From contig NW_003314263.1 in the NCBI RefSeq assembly GCF_000143415.4, positions 62,001 through 126,000 on the forward strand: a DNA stretch of 64,000 nucleotides, read 5' to 3'. Shown here one piece after another: positions 1 to 11,669 of the stretch (its first letter is position 1; every line of letters begins with the position of its first letter). The notes beneath the pieces were generated by a model. The model was not told the origin of the DNA, did not search any database, and saw only the letters and a list, made by a program, of their open reading frames with translations. Source of the DNA: Selaginella moellendorffii. Lineage: Eukaryota; Plantae; Lycopodiophyta. Both the position numbers and the translations under genes were made by a program.

Positions 1-1603
1 CTTGCAAGTTGTTTGTCTGCCCAAGTGCATGTCGTTACTTTGTTCTTGTCAGTTGCCCAGGTCAACACTGTTCTTTGCGAAGAAATTCCAAGGTTTCCCA
101 GGAATACGATATGTGCGTGGCAAGAATGATGAAACTAGAAGAATGCAGCTAATCTTCCAATTTGGTGTTGTATTCTTGACTGGAATATTCATTTTGGACT
201 ATCGATTCCTTGAACAGGTGATGGAATCGTGATTTTAGATTTTACTTTAAAAAGGACAAATATAAATTTATCTTTGGTTTAGCATTCTATTATGTAGTTT
301 TTAATAAAGAGAGCTTCAGAGTTGAAGGCTGAAACAAAGCAAGGTTGAAAGCCAGTCAATCCACAAAGTTTAAATCGATTAAAGGCTTAAATCGATCCAA
401 TGCAGGGCCTAGAACACGATCGTTTCAGCCCAAGGCATCTCCAGACGATCGTCAGAAAGCTCGAATTCCACCCAGGCGGATCCAATTACCGGACGGTAGA
501 AACATCTCATACCGAGAAGAAGGTGTCCCTGCCGATCAAGCAAAGCGCATAGTGCTCGTTGTTCATCGGAATCAATTCTTCACTGCTCGATAGCTATGGT
601 GTTCGTCTTGTGGTTTACGACTTGCCAGGATTTGGAGAGAGTGATCCTCACCACAACAGAAGTTACAAAACCTCGGCCTCGGACATGATCAGCATCGCCG
701 ACGCTCTCGGTTTTGGCGACCAGTTTTGGATCCTGGGCTTTGATGGAGGTGGTCCTCACGTTTGGGCTGCGATTCACTACATTCCAGAGAGATTAGCAGG
801 TGATCACATCTTTCTTTTTTCTCTTGAGAGTTTAGCAAGAGTGTTGCTTGCTTGTGTTCTTGGACACAGGTGTTGCTATGGTTGCTCCGGCGGGAAATCC
901 ATGCGGAGGAAATCTCACCTCGAGCGAAGCGGCCAAAGCCTGGAAGGCCTGGTCATTCAGATTGCTCCATTTCTGTGCCAGGAAGTTTCCATCTTCACTT
1001 GGAGGTTTTCTCCGGAGAACTCTCCTGGAGAAGATCGACAGGCTTAGCAGAAGCTTGTATGCCACCTCAAGACCAAAGGTTTGCATTGTTTTGATCGTGA
1101 ATGACTCAAGGTCATCGGGTTTTGCAGGATCGAGCTCTTTTCGAGCAGCAGGATTTCATGAGATTATGGGAAGACGACGTCCGGGAATCCATGAACCAGA
1201 AGCGAGCATTCTCGCTGGCCCAAGAGCTAGTCTTGCTGGTTAACAACTGGGGATTCGACTTGGGCGATCTCAAGCGAAAGAGACCTCCCGCCGGCGATGG
1301 AATCGTGAGCAAGCTCCACGGCCTTTTCTCTCAAGAACAGTCGGATCTCCTCGGCTTCCAGCGACCAATACATATATGGCATGTAGGTGGTGGTTTGGTT
1401 TTTTCCAAAAGCTTGCTGATCTTGGCGATTGTAATCAGGGAACTGACGATGTAGTCGTGCCGATTGTGATGAGCGAGTTTGCGCAGCGAGTCCTGCCTCA
1501 CGTAAACTTCCACAGGTTACAAGGTGAGGGCCACTTCTCGTGGTTCTATCTCTGCCATGAATGCCACACAGATTTGTTCAAAGCCATGTTTCCAGACGAA
1601 TAG
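1..1603 (+). pseudogene. Alpha/beta-hydrolase gene, copy 1, disrupted; 5' end lies before the window
   Basis: Spliced exons give IQLPDGRNISYREEG, YDLPGFGESDPH, QGTDDVVVP and GHFSWF. Relative to copy 2, ~75 bp are missing at ~566 (the GFLSSRLAG coding part plus an intron), which removes the HG oxyanion-loop motif. Confidence 0.8.
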
Positions 1604-1657
1604 CCATGGAAAGAAAAGATCGATTCTATTTCTTCTCTTTGATTGTTACACGTAAAT

Positions 1658-1893
1658 CTACTGTCCTAACCAGCGCGTTTCCTCTTCCACTGCTTTCCAT
1701 ATGGCACGGAAGGTAATGGGCTTGGGGAGCTTTGCGCTACACATCGGGCACGAGTCATTGTTTTCCATCCACTCGTGAAGACATTCCAGATGATAACAGT
1801 GCTTGCATGGTATCTGTTTCACCACGCTATCGAGCTCGAACTTGTCCTTGCAAACTGCACACCATGGCTTGATCTCGGGGAGAAGATCGCAGA
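1658..1893 (-). pseudogene. RING-H2 zinc-finger gene, 5'-truncated copy
   Basis: Motif CAVC...IPCKHCYHLECLHEWMENNDSCPMC. Identity with 13544-13915 stops at ~1893, where an inverted AT-rich segment begins, so the ORF-track N-terminus is artefactual. Confidence 0.8.
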
Positions 1894-2660
1894 CATAATA
1901 GAATGCTAAATCGAAGATAAATTTATATTTTAAAAATTTCTCCGTTTTAAAGTAAAATCTAAAATCACTGGGAATTCTTCCCACTTTGATTCCAGATCAA
2001 TGTGATTATCCTTGAAAGGTTGACGGACTTTGCATGGGACAAGGATGATGAAGATGGAATGGGAGGTGAAGTTTTAGGAGACAGGAGGAGGCTTGCATTG
2101 CCAAGGCCATCAAGGAGGTATGGAACTCACTGCTCATCTTGGTCACTGCTTGGTTTTCTTGGAGTTGTTTTGTTTCTTCTTCTCCTTCAGTTCTTTGTTC
2201 TTCTACTTCTTCTCTTTAATCTTTTATGCTTGTGTTTTGGCGAATCCTTTTTTGATTGTCTCAACTCTGTCTCGGTCTTGAAAATAAAAAGCGTTTAGAA
2301 GTTTTGCGAGATGAAAGTTCCCGGGATGAAACCTTTCAGTGTCGAAAAACAAAGTCCAAAATGTTAGTAAGCGGGATGGAACGCTGGAGAATGCATACAT
2401 GAAACAATGCTGGGGAATTTCTTGGCCAGATTTCTCAGACTAGTCCTCTCGTGCGTCAGTTTCACCGTCCTTTCCCGAGATGTCGGTGGGAACTCGTTGT
2501 ATGATCTCAACAGTTGGCGTAGAACTTTTAGAAAACTTTAGCGTGTGTAGTTGACCGTTGTTGAACATTCTCACCGAATAAGTTTCCGTTGGCTCAAATT
2601 TGACCAGTGCTAGTCAGCGTTAGCTGACTAGCTCGAAAGGACCGCATAGAAACCAACGTT
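1893..2660 (+). repeat. Duplicated block C (AT-rich segment + TPR-SET 3' fragment + TRM61 3' fragment); other copy at ~20535-21212
   Basis: Collinear near-identity, from gggaattcttcccactttgat to gaccgcatagaaaccaacgtt, at both places. Confidence 0.85.
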
Positions 2661-2664
2661 TAAA

Positions 2665-3372
2665 TGCGAGCAAAGGCGGCAGGAGGAGGAGTGGGATCGT
2701 GTTCTTGCTCTCTCCAACCAGGCTGAGATCCTCAAGCTGGGACGATATGAGCAGTGCATGGATGCTGCATGTGCCGCTCTTGCCGTGGATCCCCCCCACC
2801 TCAAGAGCCTCTACAGGAAAGCTTTGGTGCTGTTCAAGCTCCAGCTTTACGAGTGGTCATGCAAGTGTTTGAGCGACGTTCTTGGGGTGGACAAGGCAAT
2901 CGATCAACTGCATCAAAGATGCCAGAAGCTCGCAGTCCAGAGCCACGACACCAGCAGCATTATGGCAGAAATCCATGCAGGCGGACGAAGTTGGACTTCA
3001 AGTGCACTTGCAGGAAGTGCGAGCTGGAGCGGCGGCTGGACAAAGACCTCGCGGAGGTGACGGGCTGCTACAGGGACTTTGACTTCGACTTCCTGTGCAA
3101 GGGAGGGATCAATCTAGCCCGGATGGTGGCGAAGCTGGAGAGTGTGTTGGCGACCAAGCTCCAGGACGAGGATGAGAGGCAGTGTGTGAGAGCGATCCAC
3201 TGGTTGCTCTACGGGTTGTACTACCATGACGGATTTCGCACGGGACAAGGAAGCAGCGAGGAGGGTGATGGAGATGGAGTGGGAGGTGAAGTTTGGGAGC
3301 CAGGAGGAGGCTTGCCTTACCAAGGACATCAACGAGAGAGGTATGGAACTCATTGCTCATCTTGGTCACTGA
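2665..3372 (+). pseudogene. Internally deleted TPR-SET (SMYD-like) gene fragment: TPR part fused directly to the post-SET part
   Basis: 2665-2980 matches the reverse complement of ~28160-28470 (RVLALSNQAE, HLKSLYRKAL). It is followed by DFKCTCRKCELE (post-SET CxCxxC) and the C-terminal tail, with frameshifts. Confidence 0.8.
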
Positions 3373-4503
3373 AGCTTGGAGTTGTTTTGTTTCTTCTCCT
3401 TTCATTTCTTTGTTCATCTACTCCTTCTCTTTGTTCTTTTATGCTTGTGTTTTGCCAAATCCTTTTTTATTCGTCTCAACGCTGTCTCGGTCTTGAAAAT
3501 AAAAGCGTTTGGAAGTTTTGCGAGATGAAAGTTCCCGGGATAGAACCTCTCAGTGTCGAAAAACAAAGTCCAGAATGTTAGTAAGCGAGATGGAACGCTG
3601 GAGAACAACGCTGGGGAATTTCTTGGCCCATAACGGACGTGTATGGGAATAACTCTTTGAAGGATCAAAAACCTTGGGGTACATTTAACACTGGTCGTGT
3701 TGATCCTGTTGGAAAAAATATTCTGAAAAAGCTCGTCTATAAGCTAAGACTTGAGAAAGATAGTGTGTCCCTTGGTTTCATCGTAAGACCTTGCGATGCT
3801 TGGAATATCACGGGAATATCACCACCATCTAGTCCATGAGGCAGCGATCCATCCTCGGCTTCGTTGTCCTGATGACTAGAATTAATAGAATTTTTAGAAA
3901 ATTTTAGCTGACCATTGCTGAACATTCGCATCGAATTAATTTCGCTAACCGTTATATCGTTGGCTCAAATTTGACCAGCACTAGTCAACACTAGTTGACT
4001 AGCTCGAAAAGACCGCATAGAATGACCTTTTTTCTTACCAGGGACATTTTGGTATGAGCCAACACCTGATCTTGCGGCAGTTTTGCTCGACCAAATGCTC
4101 ACCTCTGGCAACATATACAACCCTGTTTGAACCGATGCAATGCAATGCAATACCTTCTTCATGGAGCTTACAACGTTTGCTTCACCATAAGCAACGAGAG
4201 GAAAGTGGGAAGGAAACTTTCACTACTCACCCGAAGGTGATGGCACGGGACAAGGGAGTGGCGAGGGGGATTGGGAGGTGAGGTTTGGGAAGCAGGAAGA
4301 CGCTTGCATTGCCAAGGCCATCAATGAGAGAGGTATGGAACTAGTTGCTTAGGGTCGAGGTCTCTGAGTGATGTTTTTCTACTACTACTACTACTTATAC
4401 TTCTCGTTCTTCTTCTTTGCCAGAATCCTCTCGTTAATCGAACTCGAAAAAGCAAAGTGAGTTTGTAAGTTGAGATAGAACTCCAAAAGTATAAAGTAAA
4501 AGA

Positions 4504-4569
4504 CGTCGCCTGACAGATTCGAACTCTTGCAGGGAAACCCCATGTACTTAGCAACCACTCGGCCAAAGC
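4504..4569 (-). pseudogene. tRNA-Ser(GCT) pseudogene
   Basis: Matches 21564-21645 but lacks 13 nt (ggcacacgcctta, the D-stem/anticodon-stem part) and the first bases. The flank is shared with 21140-21560. Confidence 0.9.
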
Positions 4570-4570
4570 C

Positions 4571-5085
4571 CTTTGGCATCCAGTTTGAGTTCCAGGAAAC
4601 CCCATTCAAAAGAGATCCTGGCGATAAGTTGTGAATCAAGCGTTGGTGGACAAGGAAGTCAGTGTGGTCAAACCCCAGTCACCACGGTCGTTGTCTTGGG
4701 CGTTGACCCTGACGCCGGGAATTGCTGGATCTTTGCTTCGTCTCTAGTTGGCGGGAGTCACCCCCAGGGATCGACGCTGCCCGAGGGGAACAGCTTGGTC
4801 TCACCGAGCAGGGAGTTTAGGCTGCTATGGAGGCTGGGTGTGATCAAGACATACCCACAGCAGGGAGATTGTGCAGAGGATTGTTCGTGGGAGGGATAAA
4901 GCATGTGTCTTGTCTCTCTGGAAGAATGGGGTGCTCGTGGTCTCTAGATCGTGGGTGGTCATCTTGAAGATGAAAACGAACTATGGGTCTAAGCATTCAT
5001 ATGGTCTGACAATGGAGAATGATAGTCATGCCAGGCTATTTGGTCAACTGAGCACATATAGAATAGAAGTGTGATGTTTAGCATA
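4571..5085 (+). pseudogene. 3' fragment of the secreted bulb-lectin gene family (paralog of 26426-27412)
   Basis: Translates as GVDPDAGNCWIFASSLVG...GSTLPEGNSLVSPSREFRL; frameshifted. Confidence 0.85.
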
Positions 5086-5183
5086 TTAAAACGAAAAAAG
5101 AAACACAGAAATTTATTTTCTTCTTTTGTAAAACGGGCACGTTGACTTTATACCAACGGTCCAGATCGAGAGCATCCAACGGC

Positions 5184-5405
5184 TTAGAGCCGATCTCCAT
5201 GGCAGCCGGTAGTCAACGCGACCACCTCCTTGAGTATGCTGCTGTCGTTGACAATTAAGTGCACCAAAGTTTGACCCAGCCCCAATGAGATTCCCTCGAA
5301 GATCTCCCATAGTTGTGACTCGAATTTGCCCATGTCGATGAATCCATTGTGATCCGTGTCAAATAAATCAAACATGAGTGTCAACTTGGCTTGCATCATT
5401 AGCAT
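5184..5405 (-). pseudogene. EF-hand calcium-binding protein fragment
   Basis: MFDLFDTDHNGFIDMGKF is an EF-hand-like loop, followed by a LGLG...LIVNDSSILKEVV tail. No clear 5' exon. Confidence 0.55.
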
Positions 5406-5814
5406 TGGGACCCTAATATTTAAGTCTCTAAAATATTATTGTTTATGACTTTGATATTTTTCATCTAGATAAGCAAATTAGCTTTGGCTAGATGTTTCTT
5501 ATTCTATTAAAAAGGGCATGATTGTGTGAACAACTCTAACTATTTATTTATAATAGTCTATATAAATTTTACTGATGGATTTAATTTGTTTGCTCAGGAA
5601 GGTTAGGGCTTTTAGCTTCTCTTTTTATGTCTTTATGGGTAAAAGCATATCACACTTTTGTAAGTTGGGTAACATTAAAAGCAGTAAAGGTAATTAACTC
5701 CATTGGTCATTTCTTTGTCAGCAGCGGCAAAAGGAATCTATTCACAACTTCGTTTAAGCAAGCAATTGAAACTCTCCCGAATTTGCCTCCTCAAAAAACC
5801 CTAAGCATATTCTC

Positions 5815-6215
5815 TTGTCACCAGGGACACATAAAAACGTCCCAGCTCTTGTGACAAGTCGTGAGGAGAAAGAAAAGGAGGCGATCACTCGCAGTCAATT
5901 CCACTGCATGAGACTGCAAAAGTTGTTTATAGTTGGCTCTTTGAATTTTAACTTTCCTAACTTTCTTCGGTGCATTTTAACTCTTGATTCTCAAAAGTTC
6001 GTCTACAATCACCTTGGACTTGGCCATGAGCAAATGTGAGAAAGCCAGTGCGTCCTTGTTTCAGTGGAATGCCTTGCCACAACCGCACCAATGCTTAGCT
6101 GGGAGGATCACCATGCATTCTGGAGGCAACGATCCGTCCTCAACTTCGCTGTTGTGGTCGCCAAGGAACTCCTTACGAACCTTGTATGATCTAAACGGAC
6201 CTCGAACGTTTGAAT
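5815..6215 (+). repeat. Inverted duplicate of ~25940-26370, including a TRM61 last-exon remnant
   Basis: gtcccagct...gtgacaag...ttccactgcatgag...cttggccatgagcaaatgtgagaaagccagtgcgtcc is the reverse complement of the 26 kb segment. Confidence 0.8.
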
Positions 6216-6669
6216 ATCTAGAAATAGCACTTCTAGAGCATAGAAGTTCTATGCTCTAGCGCAGAAAAGCATTGAACTTACCGACACTTTCTTTGTCCTT
6301 GTTCAATGCTCGGGATAAATGAGCAGCACTGAAATCATTGTCTGGAAACTAGCGACATCAGAGATAACCAAGCATAAAAAACAAACAAATAAATAAATAG
6401 TAAGAATAGTTCTCATGAGCCTTCCATTTCATGTGTGGAACAATCCAGATCAAAAGTTCCAGTCAGAATGTTATGCTGGAAAACATCAGACAACACCAAA
6501 TCGGCATACAAGCCGCTTTCTTTCATAAGCTGGCGATTTCACAGGCGTCGCACCTCAACCTCCGCAGAGGAGCATCGCTGTGGATCGTTAAGGCCGGAAA
6601 GGAGGAAAACTGAGTGAGGTGGGCTTTACAAACATTTGTGCTGTCAATGCTCTTTGATGAAAATTTCAC

Positions 6670-6810
6670 AATCATGCTCGCCACCCTCTTGCACTAGCAC
6701 TTGAGGTATACGGCACAAACTCGTGGATTGCAAACCTCGTTACCGCCTAGGGGCGCGCAGAGATTGTTGGCTGTGCACCCCACGGAACGATGGAGGCAAG
6801 CAAGTAGGCC
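6670..6810 (-). pseudogene. Fragment of the FicB 3' region
   Basis: Reverse complement resembles the FicB segment encoding YLLTS.VPWGANNLYAPRGGDEACNP...YLKC (11262-11410), with deletions. Confidence 0.7.
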
Positions 6811-6827
6811 ACCAACAGCCTACCCAC

Positions 6828-7338
6828 GAGGTTGGACTCGAGTGCACTTGCAAGAAGTGCGAGCTGGAGCAGCGGCTGGACAAAAGGATCTCGCAAGGGT
6901 GACGGGCTGCTACAGGGACTTGTCCGAGGTCAACTTCGAGTTCCGGTTCAAGGGAGGAATCAATCCGGCCCGGATCGAAGCTGGAGAGTATGTTGGCGAC
7001 CAAGCTCCAAGGATGAGAGGCAGTGCGTGAGAGTGATCCACTGGTCGCTCTACGGGTTGTACTACCAGGAGGTGCAGGCTGGAAACGTGGTGGTGCTGCC
7101 AGAGGGGATTGTTCCGGCAGTAGAGGTGATCATGGAGGCGGTGCATAAGTTCACGGCTGGCAACGATATCAATGTGATTATCCTTGAAAGGTTGACGGAC
7201 AACGCACGGGACAAGGAAGCAGCGAGGAGGGTGATGGAGATGGAGTGGGAGGTGAAGTTTGGGAAACAGGAGGAGGCTTGCATTGCCAAGGCCATCAACA
7301 AGAGAGGTATGGAACTCATTGCTGATCTTGGTCACTGA
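6828..7338 (+). pseudogene. C-terminal (post-SET) fragment of the TPR-SET gene
   Basis: ECTCKKCELE...GINPAR...YQEVQAG...VIILERLTD...ELIADLGH-stop, with frameshifts. Further copies at ~15853-16351, 1997-2150 and 20625-20780. Confidence 0.7.
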
Positions 7339-8588
7339 TGCTTGGTTTTCTTGGAGTTGTTTTGTTTCTTCTTCTCCTTCATACTTGTTCATCTCTTTGT
7401 TCTTCTACTTCTTCTCCTCCTTTTATGCTTGTGTTTTGGCGAAACCTTTTTTGATTGTCTCAACTCTGTCTCGGTCTTTCGGTCTTGAAAATAAAAAGCG
7501 TTTGGAAGTTTTGCGAGATGAGTGACTTCGTCTGCATGAGTGATCTCCTCGTTTGTGAAGTCCATCATCATAAAAGAAAGTCCAAAATGGTAATAAGCGG
7601 GGGAGAATGTATACATGAAACAACGCTGGGAATTTCTTGGCCGGACCGCATAACGGACATGAAGGATCAAAACCCTCGGGGTACATTTAACACTGGTCGT
7701 GTTGATCCTGTTGGAACAAGTGTGAATCTCAGACTTGGTGGCGATCAAGTGTGAGAAAGCCAGTGCCTCCCTTGATTCCAGTGCGCAGATGCTTGGAAAT
7801 CATGGGGAATATCACCACTGTCTGGTCTCGTGCATCGAGGCACCTCAGTTTCGCTGTCCTGGCCGAGAAGTACGATTGTATGTTCTCAACAGTCAGCGTA
7901 GAACTTTTAGAGAACCTCAGCGTGTAGTTGACCATTGTTGACCATTCATGTCATGTCACTGAATTAGTTTCGCTGACTCGAGTGCTTGGAACAACAGAAC
8001 AATTTTTCTTGGCCCACGGACATTCAGTTTGACTAATCCAAAGCTCTCAGGCTCCAGCCAACAATTGAAAGCTCTAAAAACTTGAGTCGCCATCTTTCCA
8101 AACAAAGTATCACCCATAGGAAGAAAGGCAAATCCAAAAGTTTCAAAACATAAACAAACTCACGCAAGCACCTGGTCACAAACAAGAGTCAGCATCAAAA
8201 AGTCTCATGCCAGTTGCATCTTCCTACTTTGGTCTGGAACTGTCAAGAATCGTTGGTCAGATCAAAACTTCCAGTCAAGAACAAAACTTTCGAAACTGGT
8301 TCTTTTGGCGACTCGAGTCCACTTTCACTGGAAAACCTTTGGAAGTTCTTCGCAAATAAGCGTCCAAGAACTAGAAACTTTGGGTACCTCGATCGATAAA
8401 CAAGAACTCGCACTGGCGATTTCACAGGCGTCGCCTCCGCCCTCCCCTGGTACCTCAATCAGCCGCTAGCCACGAATCATGCAAGCGCTAACTAGTACTG
8501 CTTGACGACAGTGGAGACCGCTGCTGCGAGCGACATTCAAGGAAAGAGACGAAATATCTTATTTACAAGGAACTCTCCAACATATGAT

Positions 8589-10426
8589 CTAACTCACCAG
8601 CAAGCTGTTCACAATAGCCGTGAACATCTTGTTGGCTCCATCACTCTCGAACAGAGCTATATATGCAGCCCTAGATAGAATACCTCCTCCCGCCTATCGA
8701 AAGACAAAATGCTTACCAGCAGTGAAATCCCGCAGCAGCCAAGCAAGTAGGACACGTCCAATCCTCCCGTTGCCATCAGAAAATGGGTGCACCTTCTCGA
8801 ACTTGAAGAAGAACTCTGCGACACTCCACAGGTACGTAGCCACGGCTGCTTCTCCCAGAGGATCGGGATCGCGTCGATATCTTTCTCTAGCCTCTTCAAG
8901 CTGTTGCAGCAACCGCTCGATCGCTCCAGGCAGCTTCTTCCAAGGCTCGTAGTGATGCCACCTCTCGCCTGTTGTCATCGTCTTGGCCTCGCTGCGCCGC
9001 AGCCCATCCGCTCGACCAGTCAAAGTAGCGTAGACACCAATGAGGTCGTCAGTGGTGATGATCTTGTCCACCTCCCATCCCTGAACGATATCCATTGCTG
9101 CTACTAGCCTCTCTCGCTCCCGCTCCCGCTCCGCCTCTGCCGGTAAGAATGATAGTCCAAAACTGGTTAGCCCTGCAGCAACTCAACGTTGTTTTTTAGT
9201 CGTTCCTCCAACACAAAAGCAAGAAAAAGCAAAGAAAACCTGAACGAATATCGTAGAAAACACCGGTGCAGTTTACTCAGAGAATCCCGTTCTCTCAGAC
9301 CTGTAGAGAAACAAACAAACAGCACTAGTGAGACGAGGCTCGCAGGACCAAGTTTAAGAGATATAGCTGGGCTAAAGTGCGCGACGAGAATGCCACCGAA
9401 GACACTCACTCACACTCTCGAACAAAACTAGCATGCCACCCAAGCAACTCACACTCTCGATTGAAACCATACCTTCGCCTCCATATGTCCGGGACGATCC
9501 TCGTCTTCACTGGACATGTCTCCGAGTTGATGTCCATTCGTTTCTGGTTTCAAGCATTAGGCATAAGAATGTTACCAGGTGCTACTTACAGCGAGACTCG
9601 TCGGTAGCAGTGGTGGTGCGTTTGATCCTGCCGACTTGTACAAGGTTGCAAAGCTTGTGGACTTTGTGGTTGTGTCTCGTGAACAAACTGGGACAGGATG
9701 GCAAAAAGAAGTGTTAAAAGCCTCACGACTAGCAGACGAAGCCAAGAACACAAACAAAAAACAAAAATCACACAACGAAAAGCACAGTGATCTTCCACAA
9801 ACACGGACAAATACTAAAGCATGCCCGAGCAAAGAAATAGCATGCCATCCAAACACTCTCGATTGTGAGACTTACATTTGCCTCCAGATTTCCGGGACGA
9901 GCTTACAAGGACAGCGAGACGCGCTACTGCCATCGTCAATCCACCGTCTCGTGAAGCTTGCAAAACTGGGCGAAAAGAAGTGTCAAAAGCGGCTTACAAA
10001 CGGCTAACAAACGAAGAACACAATCACGCAAGGGAAAGCAAAGTGATCTTCCAAGAAAACCGACACATAGGAAAGAAAAATTCCCGCAAACCCTTGCTGA
10101 CAACTAGAATGTCGCTTCCGGAGGAAAGAGAAAAGCACGCTGATGGAAAAAGAAACGTCTCGCAAAGCAAGCGACGATGCCAAACCTTGGGAATCTCCTC
10201 GCAAAATGCACCGAGGACACAGACCTCGGCGATCCGCCAGGGTGAACAGGAGGAAATCGCTGGGATCCTTTGCCATGGCCGAAATATCCACGCCCGCTGT
10301 AGCAGCTGCCAATTTCTTCCTGCTGGCTTTCAGCAATCTCTTGCATAGCTCCTTCACAGCCGGATCTGCCGATGTTGGCGCTGGCGCTGGCGCTGGTGCT
10401 GGATCACCCGATTTCTTCTTTCCCAT
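8589..10426 (-). pseudogene. Fic-domain gene FicA, copy 1 (multi-exon; premature stop at 8694-8696)
   Basis: Last exon ~9172-8589 encodes HPFSDGNGRIGR. It has TAG where copy 2 has TCG (Ser), losing ~35 C-terminal aa. Upstream exons starting MGKKKSGDPAPAP at 10426 are inferred from GT/AG patterns and are less certain. Confidence 0.75.
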
Positions 10427-10622
10427 CCCTGAGGATAAAGAACCCTACTTTCTCCCCAAACATATATACTTGGCGCGCATTGATCGCTGGCCGTCGATAT
10501 GATGATGTAATCCCCACCGTTGGAGCGCTTGGCTAATCGCAACCATCCCCCCTTCAAGCTGGAATCCCCACCGTTGGCTCCCCTATGAATAGAAAAGGTT
10601 CGAGCCTAGGGTTTCAGGTATA

Positions 10623-11513
10623 ATGGCGACGATCAAGAGCATCGAGAAGTGCGTTGCGAGGTACGAATCCCTGCCCGACAAAAAGAAGAGTGGCGCCCTC
10701 AAGCAGGGCACAGCAATGGTGAAAGAATTCGTGTTCCAAGTGGCAAACATCGAGGGCGAAGGGCTCGACACACTGGAAGAGGTCAGCGATGCCATTGACC
10801 AGTACAACCAGTCAAAGTCTTTTGCGCTCGATGGCTTTGGCGGCGTCAGGAAGCCAAAGCTCGTGTCAACGCTCAACCTGTACAGGTGCCTGTGCTGGGT
10901 CAACGCCCAGGCCAAGGCCGACAAGGTTCCACGCCTAGATTCCGGGAAGATTCTCCGGATCCACAAGATGCTCGGGGAGAACACCAAGGACGAGGTTGAC
11001 GCGGGCGAGTTTAGGAGGGGCGAGGCGTGGACATTGACAACAGAGAGACGCAAACATGTTTACATGGATCCCAAGAAGATCCCGGCGGCTTTGGAGCAGC
11101 TCCTGTCAGCCACCAACAAATCCCTCGAGGAGGCATTTGCAGCAGATCCCAAGCTCAGGGTTGCAAAGCTGTTGAGCATTGGCGCCAGCTTCTTTTACAA
11201 GTTTGAGTGCATTCATCCGTTTAGGGATGGGAATGGACGCGTGGGGAGGCTTTTGGTGCTTTACTTGCTGACCTCCATGGTTCCTTGGGGCGCAAACAAT
11301 CTCTATGCGCCCCGGGGTGGGGATGAGGCTTGCAATCCCCGGGCTCCTCCCAAGTTTGTGGACAAGGCCATGTATCTTAAGTGCTTCCAGGTGATGCAAC
11401 AAGGAGGCAAGAACAGAGGCGAGCAGCAGCAGCATCCGGTGGAGTTGGAGGCACTTTTGGCCGAAGGGATTCATGTTGGCTGGACAAAGTTTGCAGCCAA
11501 AGCAAATGTATAG
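10623..11513 (+). CDS. Fic/Fido-domain protein FicB, copy 1 (296 aa, intronless; putative AMP transferase)
   Basis: Canonical HPFRDGNGRVGR motif, IHKML...AGEFRR...HVYMDPKKIP flap region, and an N-terminal VANIEG resembling the (S/T)xxxE(G/N) inhibitory helix. Confidence 0.95.
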   Translation: MATIKSIEKCVARYESLPDKKKSGALKQGTAMVKEFVFQVANIEGEGLDTLEEVSDAIDQYNQSKSFALDGFGGVRKPKLVSTLNLYRCLCWVNAQAKADKVPRLDSGKILRIHKMLGENTKDEVDAGEFRRGEAWTLTTERRKHVYMDPKKIPAALEQLLSATNKSLEEAFAADPKLRVAKLLSIGASFFYKFECIHPFRDGNGRVGRLLVLYLLTSMVPWGANNLYAPRGGDEACNPRAPPKFVDKAMYLKCFQVMQQGGKNRGEQQQHPVELEALLAEGIHVGWTKFAAKANV

Positions 11514-11669
11514 TGTTAAAGTAGTAAAAGTATATATGAATGCATTGCTCAGCGCTCGAATAAGAGAAAGAATATGCCTCTGTTTACGTTAAGAATAACC
11601 ACAAGAATATGCCCTTTAATCGATTTAAACTTTTGGCACGAAGATTGTAAGGGGTAGGGTTCTATCCGC

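Larger units (their letters stand above)
1..1893 (+). repeat. Segmental duplication block A, copy 1 (hydrolase + RING module); copy 2 at ~11774-13779
   Basis: Near-identical sequence and ORF translations (345 vs 12141, 1101 vs 12956, 1658 vs 13544). Confidence 0.95.
6774..11537 (+). repeat. Segmental duplication block B, copy 1 (~4.7 kb: SET tail, TRM61 remnant, FicA, FicB); copy 2 at ~15789-20462
   Basis: Collinear near-identical ORFs in all frames (9433/18427, 9572/18566, 10623/19548). Confidence 0.95.

Noticed and set aside
1894-1984. Novel N-terminus on RING copy 1
   Set aside because: It is a non-coding inverted AT-rich segment at a breakpoint.
10623-11513. FicB as bacterial contamination
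   Set aside because: It is embedded in duplicated blocks continuous with spliced plant genes, has a spliced paralog and has local decayed copies. Ancient horizontal transfer remains possible.
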